From positions 9,951,186 through 10,015,185 of the forward strand of contig MU054323.1 of NCBI GenBank assembly GCA_013239625.1: DNA of 64,000 bases, given 5' to 3'. The notes beneath the pieces are model-generated. The model had not been told where the DNA came from, did no database searches, and saw nothing but the letters and a program-made list of their open reading frames with translations. This document shows positions 53,016 to 64,000 of the stretch, one piece after another. This DNA is from Lama guanicoe. Its lineage: Eukaryota. Position numbers and translations under genes: made by a program. The first letter of the stretch is position 1. Each line of letters opens with the position of its first letter.

Positions 53016-53235
53016 CAGTTGGTCGTTGAACAACACAGGTTTGAGCTGTGTGGGTCCATTTACACCTGGATTTTTTTCTTAGTAAATACACCATTTGAGG
53101 TTTTGAATCCACGGATGTGGAACTGTGGATACATAGGAACTGCGGGTGTGAGGTGCTGATTGTAAGTTATATGCGGATTTTTCCACTGCACGGAGGGTTG
53201 GTGCCCGAACCCCTGTGTTGTTCAAGGGTCAACTG
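53016..53235. mobile_element. Tigger2-derived MITE with TA target duplication, adjacent to a MER3/MER33-like hAT relic (about 53238-53430)
   Basis: TA|cagttggtcgttgaacaacacagg ... cctgtgttgttcaagggtcaactg|TA. The downstream ggactagccacatttcaagtgctcagtagccaca is typical of MER3/MER33. Confidence 0.8.
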
Positions 53236-54384
53236 TATAATTTTACTTAACCCAGTATATCCAAAATACCGCTTTAATGCTTAGTCAATATAAAACATTA
53301 TTTGAGATATTTTACCCCCCTCCTCCTTTATTTGGTATTAAAGTCTTTGAAACATGGTGTATATTTTTTACTTATAAGCACATCTCGCTTTGGACTAGCC
53401 ACATTTCAAGTGCTCAGTAGCCACAGGTATGGGTGAATTTTGCCCAATAACTCAAAAGGGAAACCTTAATAATTTAAGAGCCCTTGGTAATAGCACCTGT
53501 TGAATTTTCTAAGTGGAAATGTAATGGGGTGGGGTAGTGATTTAGGTTTTTTGATTACAGAGGTTTCTTTGGAGACTTTTGGTGAGTGATTATGAGCATG
53601 TGAATAGGTGAGACTATGAGAGGAATATTACATGCCCAAGCAAGCTCTTGTTGAGTCTATTTAAAAATATTTACAACTTTAAAAAAAATTTAATACATGG
53701 ATATGGTTTAATAAAAAAGAGACAAGTCTTCAGCTGTAAACTTAAGTCTCCTTACCGTGTATGGCTCTCTTAACCCCACTCTCCAGATGCAGCCATAGTT
53801 TCCTGTTTGCTTTGTGTCCTTCCAGATATTGGTTATGAGGGTATAGAGAATTACCTGTAACTTTAAAGCTTTATTCGTACATATGTACTTGGCTGCATCT
53901 CACTTTCCCCCTGTTTAATACTGTATCGGGGCATAGAGATCCATCTCACAGCGTTTTGTTAGTCAGCAGTGCTGTCTTTGACTAGCTTGTGGAAAGGATA
54001 GCAGTAGGAGATTTTAAGGTAGGACCAGTCTTTTTTAGCATGGATGATTCTGTAGGATGGTGACAAACTGATAATGTTTTCTTTAAAATCTTGCATTTTA
54101 ATGCATGTGTGAAAATTTCATGCAGTTCAAAGCTGAAGAAAGTAAACATAATACCTAGTGTATTCAGATTTACCCTTTTCCTCAGATGCTGTCCATCTAA
54201 ATGGTCATCAGTCTGAGTGATCCACAGTTTTCTGTGAAAGCTTTGTATACTTCTTTGTATTTTTTTAAAAAGGCACAAGTCAACATTTGTTTTTCATTTA
54301 TTCTCACTCCCAGTTGCTTTATTTGACACTCTTTGTCTTTTTTCCCCTTCCATCCTCTGTCCCCCTTTAAAATTCTATTCCCAG

Positions 54385-54471
54385 GCTTTAAATTCCAAAG
54401 AACCTCATATGTGTTTAGTAAGAGATATTTCAAACTGCTGGGCCCCCAAACTAGAAACAGCTATAACAAAG
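54385..54471 (+). CDS. WDR43: WDR43 exon 9
   Basis: 87 nt; cccag|[29 protein letters not shown]|gtgagt. Confidence 0.95.
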
Positions 54472-54947
54472 GTGAGTGCATTGCATATTGGAAATTAAGA
54501 AAAAAGAGATTTGAGTGAATTGACTTGTGTAATATTATGTTTAGACTTTTAATATCTTCTTTATGATCTCGTTTTAACAAATTTTGTCAGATTAAGTTTT
54601 AGATATCAAGACTGTAAAACTGTATTGATTTCTGTGCTCTCGATTTGTTGAGTGAATGAGTGAATACCTTGGATTTATTTAATTCCTCCTCCACCCATGC
54701 ATGATCACTATCAAATTTAGCTGAAATTATTTTATCATTTTCTGTACTTAAGGGAGCATAACTTTGTTGAGAGAATGGTGTATTTCAGAGTGGAATAAAA
54801 CTTAAATCCATGATGGGGCTGGTGTTAGATACGATATATAAGACCATTATTGTGATGCTTTATTTTGAATATAAGGTGAATATAATGTGGCATCTACATA
54901 TAAACATCATATGTTTGGCGGTCTAATGAGAAAATAAAAGCCAAGAC

Positions 54948-55025
54948 ATGCTATGATGACATCCATATGGTTTCGCTTCTGGCTGAGTTTCAGAGATGAC
55001 ACCTTTCTCTTGGCTGTCTGAGCAT
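54948..55025 (+). ncRNA. SNORD53: Box C/D snoRNA SNORD53 (U53)
   Basis: Stem ATGCT/AGCAT; C box ATGATGA at 54953-54959; D' CTGA; C'-like GAGATGA; guide CTTGGCTG; D box CTGA at 55018-55021. Matches U53 as I recall it. Confidence 0.93.
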
Positions 55026-55338
55026 TTCTGGCAAAGATTACTGGAGGTAGTTGTAAAATGTACAGCTTCACTCTTTAACATTAAGTCATTGTGTCATTGC
55101 GTCATCTGTAGATTTTGTTTTTCTTGGTTTTAATTTTAAAACCATGAACATTTAGATGACAGTTAAATGTCAAACATTCAGTTAAAACTTATCTTTAATT
55201 CATATCATATTAAATTTGTTAAATTAAGTTTATCAGTAGAAAAACCTTTTAAAAGCTTAGTTTTCTCATTGGGGATGAATCTTGCAAGGACTAAGACATA
55301 ATTTTCTTTGTCACACCCCTGCTATTCCTGTTTAACAG

Positions 55339-55470
55339 GTGAGAACACCATTGATAAATTCTGAAGCAAAAGTTCTGGTGCCTGGGATACCTGGACATCA
55401 TGCAGCTATCAAGCCTGCTCCTCCACAGACTGGGCAAGTAGAGAGCAAGAGGAAATTAGGGGAAAATGAG
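55339..55470 (+). CDS. WDR43: WDR43 exon 10
   Basis: 132 nt; aacag|[44 protein letters not shown]|gtaata. Confidence 0.93.
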
Positions 55471-55729
55471 GTAATACAATCATCCTGACCATTTTTGAGT
55501 TTGAAATTTAAGATTACTTGGGAAATTCTAACAAATGTATTGGATAGAGCCAAAGTTGAAACTTCAGAAACTTACTGAGATTGTTGCTGGAATCTGAAAT
55601 TCCAGATTGTAAAACTTAGTAAGACTTGGTCGTCCACCATTAATGGAGAAGACAACTCCCATTAGCTAACAGAGGGTGCCATTTCTTAATCATTGGCTGG
55701 ATAGCATAGTTGTAGATTAAGCCAGGACT

Positions 55730-55803
55730 TGCTGTGATGATTCTCATTGGGTTTCGCATGTTGCTGAGTTCCGATGATTCCTCTTCTCTTGGCTGTCTGA
55801 GCA
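55730..55803 (+). ncRNA. SNORD53B: Box C/D snoRNA, second SNORD53-family copy (SNORD53B-like)
   Basis: C box GTGATGA at 55734-55740; GGTTTCGC element; D' CTGA; C'-like CGATGA; same TTCTCTTGGCTGT guide as SNORD53; D box at 55797-55800; flanking 10-bp inverted repeat. Confidence 0.88.
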
Positions 55804-56840
55804 GTCCTGGCTAGTTTAGTGCTAGTCAGTCTTTTAAAAGTGACTTTATAACTTCTTAAAGTGCTTATAAATTTTCTTTTTTTTTCCCTCAGCTCTTAAA
55901 ACTCCCTTGTGGTTACTATACTTGTCTATGAAAAGTCCTTTTTTTCATCTTCCATTCACATGTCATTCTTGTCTAAATAACTGTAGAATTTTAATTGTTT
56001 TATCAGTAGAGAAAGAATGTTATGTTTTTTTACTTGATTTTAAATATCTTATGTTATTGGCTTGGGGATAACATTGCTGTTCATAAAAATTATTTGATAG
56101 TAACATGATACCTGTATTTAAAAGTAAAGCACCAACTTTCCTTAGATTGGCCTAGATCCAGCCTTTTAATTTCCTCGTACCTTTTTAATGTGTTTTATGA
56201 AACATAAGTTAACCCAAATAGGAGACTTTACCAAAGCATATCTGTTTGCTGTGGAAGTAGTAGAACATTTATATTTTGATTTATCAAGGGGCTGGCAGAA
56301 CGTGGCTGTTAAGATTTGCTTTCATAAGGGATCAGTTATATGCAATTGAGTTTTTATATAGCAAATAAAGAAAAAACTAGGAAGACATCTTATAAGTTTG
56401 GGGGGGAACATAACTGTCTTTATGCTCTTTTGATAATATTTGTTCTCAAAAGAAGTTGATGGCAACGATAATTACAGAAGGGGAAGCTTTTGTGACAGTA
56501 GGTCATTTCTTGTGCTTTAGTAATCAGGTGCCAGATCCTTGGCCTTTTTTGAATCTTCATATAGAGGGGTTTTTATGAATTGCATTTTCAAATCGTGGTT
56601 TTCAGTTGGTTTTTTCACTAGAATCTGGAAACTTGGATTGCAGACACTGTACTTGTCTCTAACAAGTGGCTTTAAGGTGATGAGATTATACTGGAATGAG
56701 AAAGCATGTTTGTGTATTTCAGAGACGAGGGTAAATCAAGTAGTGCTTTTTGTCTCCTGAGGCAGAAGCACAGAGTGTTTGACTGAACTGCTTTTAGGCC
56801 TTGTCTGGTGTAACATTAACAGATCATTTCTGTTGTGTAG

Positions 56841-56972
56841 GTTAGCATTGAAGAACGCCTGGGAGCACTGGATATAGATACAAAAAAAGAAAAGGACGAA
56901 CTTCCACAGACGAATAGCTTTCCAGTTCTCCTCACACAGGGCTTAGAAAGTAATGATTTTGAAATACTAAAT
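56841..56972 (+). CDS. WDR43: WDR43 exon 11
   Basis: 132 nt; gtag|[44 protein letters not shown]|gtaagt; start of the Utp12/Dip2 C-terminal domain. Confidence 0.95.
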
Positions 56973-59269
56973 GTAAGTATTACAGCAATTTTTAAATGAA
57001 TAAAGATGGTTAATTTTTCTTAGAAAGAGGTTGACACAGCACATTCACAGAGTGAATAGTCATAATTATGTAGCTGTCTTGAATTTAATATTTTGTGAGT
57101 TTAGTCAAACATATATCACTTGGTGGCACTATACAGACAGTCACCAACCTACAAAGGGATTGTATTGAATTATTTGAACCTGGAATGCATTTTCTCATAG
57201 AAATATTGTTGTGAATTGTTACTAGGTTCTTAGGCTTTAGTTCACAAAAGCCTTTTATAAACATTGTGTAGCTGAATTATAATACTCAGCATTCTAGATC
57301 ACAATTTATATTTTTTTCTGTAGGAAAATGCGTTCCTGAGTTTTTACTCTGGATTCCAGAAACTTATTTCCCCCCCTGGCCGTGAGAGGGGGCGGTAAGG
57401 TGGAACCTTGGCAATGGATAGGAGGTTTGGGGGAAAATTCAAGAGGGTTGGGGGTTATGTTGTGAACTATTTAGAGGTAAAAGCACTAGAAACTTTGTGT
57501 AAAGGAAAGCACGTATGATTTCTGTGTAAGTTGGTGACTGCTTGTATGACATTAATTTGGTCTTCTTAAAGAATCTGAAAGTGATCTTTAGAGAAAATTT
57601 AAGTATAAAAAAATTGAACTTAAGCAATACCTGATAAGATTAAAGCAGTTTACATTTGTTAAGTGGATTTATTCTAGTGACTCTTGGTGATATTATGGTG
57701 CCACTTAGCATAGATGTGTCTTTAATATGCGACCTATGAATAGTCTCTCTCTGATTTATATTTTGATCTCAGTGGGAATATCTTACATATTTATGTGTAA
57801 GGTGATTTTGCAAAATAGGAGGAGGTAAACCAGGTATATTAAAAAAACTAAAATTTTAAAATAGTTTGTTGGGTGTACATATTTTGGGAGGTTGATTTTA
57901 GTTTAACATGGCACAGAAACCTAGGTAACGATTTGGTGAGAAATAAGTTATACAAGACAATTGGCAGTGTTGTTAATAACTTGCCTGCTGTCATTGCCTG
58001 CTTAACTGTGCTTTGAAACCTTCCTCAGTACTAGTGCAAGTGAATCAGTTATCTTTTTTTTTTTTAAGAAACATTTCAAAATATCTTGGGCCACCATGAA
58101 CCCATCACCCAGTTTCAAAAATTAACGACACTAGCCAGTCTGCTACTGTTTTATCTGTTTGCCCTCATCCCTCCCCAGGTTATAGTGAAGCAAATTTGAG
58201 ACATACTGTTTATTTCATCCATAAATATATCCCTGTTCAACTTTGACAATAACAATTCCTTTAAAAAATACAACCATAATCTGTTATCACACCTAAAAAG
58301 GTGAATAGTAATTCCTTAAAATCATCAACTGTTCAGTTAGTATTTACCTTTCACTGATTGTCTCATAAACTTTTTTTTTTCATTTTTGCTTTTTAAAAAA
58401 CAAGGTCTCAACAAAGTCCACACTGTACTTGGTAGATATGCCTTTTTTGTCTTTTGCAGTTTAGTTTTTGGAGAAGCTAGGCTACTTGTCCTAAAGAGAT
58501 TTCACATTCCAGATTTTGCCTCTTGCAAAAATTCATTTCATTGGGTCTCTTTACCTAACAAATGGTATCATTTAACATGTTCCTTGTCCATCGTATTTCT
58601 TGTACATTGGTAGTTGAATCTAGAAGCTTGAAGAAATTCAGATTAGAATCTTTTGGCACTTCCGCTACGACAATGTGTACTTTCATTAGGTGTTATAGAG
58701 TTGTTGGGAAGGTAAATGAAATGATGTTTGTGAAAACACTTCTTAAATTCTAAAGGATTGTACATGTAAGACTTTTTCATTATTAAGGATTTTGAGGTGA
58801 TACATTTTATTGTTTAAGTAGAAGTAAATAACCTTTAAAAAAGAAAGTTAAAGTGTGGGAATATGCCCATACTGTATTACCGGAGAGATTATGCATTTAC
58901 ACATTCTAAAAAGAAAGAGGCAAGTAAAACAAAACAAATATTTTTTCCCTTAGAAAGAGTGTTCCCCATTTCCCAAAGGTACCTTATGAGGATATGTGAA
59001 ATATAGTAGGAGGGCATTACAAAAAGAAATGAAAGAAGTGAGCAATGTAAGAGTACAACATGGGACGAGAAGTGAGTTTTCTACCACAGAAAACTTGGCT
59101 TTAAAATTTATGGCTTTAGGTAGGTGGAAATTTGACCTAAAAAAATAGTCTATAGCTTATGCAAAAAAGAGATGCTTAGTCATTTATGTAATTCATGGCA
59201 CCCATAGGCGATAGATATTTTTAAATATTTTAAAAAATTGATTTAAATTAAATATTTATTAAAAGGTTT

Positions 59270-60870
59270 ATTTACAGCAGTACCAAAAAATACCTAGGAT
59301 AAATCAACAAAAGATGCCTCTGCCTGTACATTGAAAATTACAAAAATTGAGAGAAATTAATCAAGACCTAAGAAATGGAGAAATAAACCATGTTCATGGA
59401 TTGGAAGATTCAATATTGTTAAGATGAGGAATTCCCCCCAGGTTAATCTATATATTCAATACATTCCTAATTAAATTCCATCAGCTACCTTTTAGAAATT
59501 TAAAGGACATGAGTAACCAAAGTAATTATAAAACAGAGAGGAAAATTGGAGAACTTATCCTACCTGATTTCAAGATAAAGCTGTAGTTATATCAAGATAG
59601 TTTGATATTGGTGAAAACATAAATGTAGATTAAGGAACCAAAATAGAGAGTCCAGAAATAGATCACACACAGGTTGTTTTCAGTTAAGTTACTACTATGT
59701 TGAGTTAATTGAGTAAAATCTTTCCATTTTCAGCAAGTGCAGTTTAACCAATTGAATATCCGTTTGGAAAGAAATGGATCTCAACTCTTTCCTCAAACCT
59801 TACACAAAGTCAACACAAAATAGATCACAGGCGTAAATGTAAAACCAAGCCTACAAAACTTCTAGAAGAAGAAAATAGAAAATCTATGCACACTTGCTTG
59901 AGTGGAGAAAGACTTCTAGATTCATCACAAAAAGCCTGAAACACTTAAGGAAAAATTGGTCATTTGGATTTAATAAAAATGAGAAACCTTTCTTTTGAAG
60001 TGACTCTGTTAAGAGAATGAAAAGGCAGGAAAAAATATTCACAACTCATACATCAGACAAAGGATTTATATCCAGAATATATAAAGAACTCAGATGAAAA
60101 ACAAATTAAAGGTGTGAACAGATATTTCACAAAAGAATTCCAGTGGTCAGTAAGTCATGTAAATGTATGATACATCATGAATCATCACAAATGCAAGTTA
60201 AGACCACAATGAGATAACACTACATACCCATTATAGATTGATTAAAATTTAAAAGACAGTGCCATCTGTTGGGGAGGATGTGGAGCAACTGGAACTCTCA
60301 TATTTTGCCAATGGGAATTAAATTCGTACATCTACTTTGGAAAACAGTTTGACAGTTTCTTAAAAGTTGAGGAAACACCTATCATAAGACCCTGCCATTC
60401 TACTCTTAGATGTTTACCAAGAGAATCAAAAACAAGTGTTCATACAAAGACTTGTACATAAATGGTCATAGCAACCTTATTTGTGATGGCCCCAAACTGG
60501 AAAGAACCCTCAACATGTGAAGGAATAAACACGTTGTTATCTAGCAATGTAAGGAATGTATATCGCTACATCAACATGGATGAATCTCAAACTTGTGCTG
60601 TGAGAAGGAAGCTAGACAAAAAAAGAATATACAGTACGATTTCACTTATATAAAAATGCTAGAAGATATAGTTCAGTGGTTGCCTAAGGTGGGGTATGTG
60701 GAAGGAAAGGATAGAATGTAAAAGGTCCCAGGAGGCTTGAGGGTGACAATGTTTATGGTAGTGTTTGTCTTGTGGGTAAATGTTTGTATCAAACTGATCA
60801 AAGGTGCACTTTAAATGTGCACTCTTTATTATGCTTCAGTTATAATGCAGTAAAGTTGTAAAAGAAAAAT
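59270..60870 (+). mobile_element. Old LINE-1 (L1M-type) ORF2 3' part and 3' UTR, degenerate
   Basis: ccatgttcatggattggaagattcaatattgttaagatg; aatagagagtccagaaataga; gaggatgtggagcaactggaactctca. Many stops and indels. Confidence 0.85.
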
Positions 60871-61116
60871 CTCACCTTCAGTATCATCTTGCTGCTTGTA
60901 GCTATAGTTCATTAGGTTGTTTCTCAAATACATTCTCGGCAGAAATTAATAATGCTAACTCCTCTATTATCCTTTTGCTTGGTTTAGGATAATTTATTCT
61001 TATTTGCTTATTTTTCATTTGAAAATTGTTAGAGCCTCTGTCTTTAGTGGGCGTAAGAATTATCTGAGCACTTATTAAAATTTTTCTGCCCTGCAATTTG
61101 GGATAACTTCTAAAGA

Positions 61117-61243
61117 GCTAGGCCATACATACCCTTATTTGCCTGTGACATTTCTGGTTTGCATCTCTTGGTGTAACTAGTAATAGTGGCTCCTTTCATT
61201 CTCAGAATTGTCCACTTTGGACAACAAATTATATGATCACTTT
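61117..61243. mobile_element. hAT MITE (MER94-like)
   Basis: tttggacaacaaattatatgatcact and cctttcattctcagaattgtcc resemble the MER94 consensus as I recall it. Confidence 0.45.
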
Positions 61244-62519
61244 ACATTTAGAGCACTAGAAGATTTCACAAACCATGTTTTTTTCAGACCTGCAGTCTTA
61301 CATTATGTTTCTTAACCAAGCTTTCAGTATAAATAATGTGCAGCAGCAAGTTCAAAATAGTATTCTTTGACCTAGAGTGCTCCTACTCTACTTGGTCATT
61401 TAAGACAGTGAAGCCTGGTGGCTTGGTGAGCATCCTGTGAAAACTGAGGACCTTAACAAAAGCATTTGTTGTATCAAAAAGTATTTGTAGGTTATTTCAG
61501 ACAGCATGTTACCCATTGCACATCATTGGAACTTTGTGATAACTGATTTATAATAAAGAGATGAATTGAGGGATGTTTAGTATCATCAGACACCTTCTGA
61601 ATTATTGTTAAAGTTCTCATCAACATATTTTGCTTTGAATCTTGTATTCTGATTATTTGAAAATGAATATATTAGGCTAATTGGGACTCCTAAATTAGGA
61701 CAGTCTATCCCTCAGTCCCCCAGTGATCATGTATAAAAAATTTTATTTCTTTTGCATAATAAATTATGTAACTATGTCAGTGATAGTTTTTAAATAGTAC
61801 TTGATGGTTTTAGAAGGGCTTGGTATGAAGATATTTTTACAAGCAAATAAAATCCATAAAGAATTCTGAAAGGATATGTTAGGACCATTACAAGTAGGTT
61901 ACAAGTGAACTTTCTGTTTGGCCCTTCAGTACCTCTGCTGTTTGTATCCTGAATGTGACCTTTAGAGCAACAATAGCCACTGGAACATAACATGAATCAA
62001 CTATTATGGAAGTTCCTCTAGTAGTAAACCCCTTTGAAAGATAAATATTTAAAAGTATTAAAGAGAAAGGGGAATCTGGATTTTGAAACCTGAAAAGACT
62101 CTCCTTTCCCAACCTTTTCCTATAGATGAAGCATGTGGGTGGAGTTGAAAGACCTGCCAGAATTTGGAATATTTTGCTCTGGCTCCCTTTCTATATCCTG
62201 GGCTGGAGACTGGGTTTCACCCTTACAGTGTTTTGACTTATGCATTCATTATACGATCTTTTGATTGGCTTAGAATTTTATTCTTAAAAAATGACACTTA
62301 ATTTTAAAAGGTTTATTGCCTTCTTTTTGAAGAATGTACTTACCTGGTAGCCATAAGACATAATGTAACATTCTTCATTTAGTCCCTCAGAACTTTATTT
62401 GCTAAAATTTAGTTGGTACTTTATTGCCTGGTTTTTAAGGTAATTTTTAATGACAATTTTCCCTATAGTGTTCTTAGTTCCTGAGTATGCTTATTTACAT
62501 TTCTTTTATTTTCTCACAG

Positions 62520-62606
62520 AAAGTACTTCAGACTAAGAATTTAAACCTAATAAAGAGAACTGTATTAAGGATGCCCCTGCATGCTGTTATTCCATTATTG
62601 CAAGAG
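62520..62606 (+). CDS. WDR43: WDR43 exon 12
   Basis: 87 nt; cacag|[29 protein letters not shown]|gtaact. Confidence 0.95.
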
Positions 62607-63246
62607 GTAACTGAGTATGCTTTTTTTTCAAGGTCCTAATGCTATGAATCAAAGAGACAATCCAGTGTTAAGAGAAAGGGATTTGCAGTATGTAAGCAAG
62701 CAGGGTAGTTAGAGTGGATGATAGGTGATTGATAGATCTACTTAAACAAAATTTGCCTAACCTAGATTTTTTTTTCCTATGTATTTTAAAAATTGAGATA
62801 TAATTTACATACCATGAAATTTACCCTTTGTGTACCCTTTAAAACTGTACACTTTAAAAATGTACAGTTCAGTGCTTTATAGTATATTACAGATTGTGCA
62901 ACTGCCACACCAAGAAGAAACTGAGTACGCATTAGTCACTCCCCATTTTTCCTTACCCCCAGTTTCTTGCAATCACTAGTCTATTTTCTGTGTTTGTGTC
63001 TATTCTGGACATTCATTCATACAAATCCTAGCCTAGGTTTTTATCAGGCAATTACTTTTATTGTGGGAATGTACTCCCAGATTATGTTAAATTGGCCGAA
63101 CGTTTAGGAATTAGGAAATTTAGTAATAATGATTTCCTAATTCATTCATTCTTTTTCTTTGTTGTTATGGATGTATGTATTGTGGGAATTGATGGAGATT
63201 GGCTGCCTCTGAAGTGCTATGCTAATAATGTTTTTCTCCCCCTCAG

Positions 63247-63278
63247 CTTACAAAGAGATTACAAGGTCATCCTAATAG
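63247..63278 (+). CDS. WDR43: WDR43 exon 13 (32-nt small exon; gene continues beyond the window)
   Basis: ccctcag|LTKRLQGHPN(S/R)|gtaaga. Exons 1-13 sum to 1556 nt in one open frame. Confidence 0.9.
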
Positions 63279-63884
63279 GTAAGATGTTTAGATGACTTAA
63301 ATTACTTTGATTTTATAAATATTTTAAATGTGGTTATGTAAAAACAGCAGTGTATGGCAGCATGATGTTATATAGTAGGTAGCCCAAATTCTAACTAATA
63401 AAACTCTTTTTAAAGGTGTCAGATACTGCTCTCCACGCTTGTTTTTAATTGAATGGTTATTATTTCTAAGTGTTTTTTGCTTTCTTTTAGAGAACTCTAG
63501 ACTTCTGAGCTTTATTATCAGGTCATTTAATGGGTTAGTCTTATTAATGATTTAGTCCTAATCATGATGTGTAAAATGACTATTTGTAGAACTTGATCCA
63601 ATCTCCAGTAGTTGCTAAGACACTAAGGAAATATTTTATATGACTAAATTTTGTGGGTCTTTTTTGTTAACTTTATGATTAAATATTTAAATAGGGTATA
63701 TATCTCAAAGATCTAAGCTTGTACTGCAGTATTATCAATGTCTATAATATAGTTTTGTTTTGTTTTGTTTTGTTTTTTTCTAAGTTTTTTCCCCCCTGAT
63801 ATGCTCCATTACCCTTTGGAGCTCACAATGGAAAGCTTAAAGAATTCACTAATTATGCCTGACATGCACATTTTTGGTCTATAC

Positions 63885-63889
<5 letters not shown>

Positions 63890-63932
<43 letters not shown>
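63890..63932. repeat. Poly-T tract (43 nt)
   Basis: Directly visible. Confidence 0.95.
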
Positions 63933-63935
<3 letters not shown>

Positions 63936-64000
63936 CTTTTAATGTTGGTGTGGAAACCTTTTGCTATTTGGACCTGACAGTGAGTAGCTGGTGGGCTCAA

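Noticed and set aside
57376..57398. Possible CTCF site (gagggggcggta)
   Set aside because: Only the 3' half fits the motif; the 5' CC-containing half is missing.

Overview
AT-rich, repeat-dense mammalian DNA, most likely a camelid, judged from tRNA-derived Vic-1-like SINEs. It covers the SPDYA - TRMT61B - WDR43 neighbourhood. The last coding exon of SPDYA (+, 5050-5138) lies tail-to-tail with, and apparently overlapping, the 3' end of TRMT61B. TRMT61B is complete on the minus strand (7 coding exons, 20260->5397, 1422 nt, 473 aa, frame intact by manual splicing). About 8.9 kb away, WDR43/UTP5 starts on the plus strand from its own CpG island (coding exons 1-13, 29154-63278, truncated by the window end). 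Its introns carry three related box C/D snoRNAs (SNORD92, SNORD53, SNORD53B-like). The rest is L1, L2, MIR, MaLR and DNA-transposon relics. I found no convincing wholly new biological system. The best second-look items are: a tailless tRNA-Cys 5'-half insertion with a 20-bp target-site duplication (TSD); an internally primed L1 ORF2 fragment with a perfect 16-bp TSD; a candidate TRMT61B poly(A) signal inside the SPDYA splice-acceptor tract; a recursive-splice-type exon between two snoRNAs; and an unexplained ~320-bp diverged direct repeat flanking TRMT61B exon 3. Gene and repeat names come from recognition of the sequence, not from database searches, and repeat boundaries are approximate.
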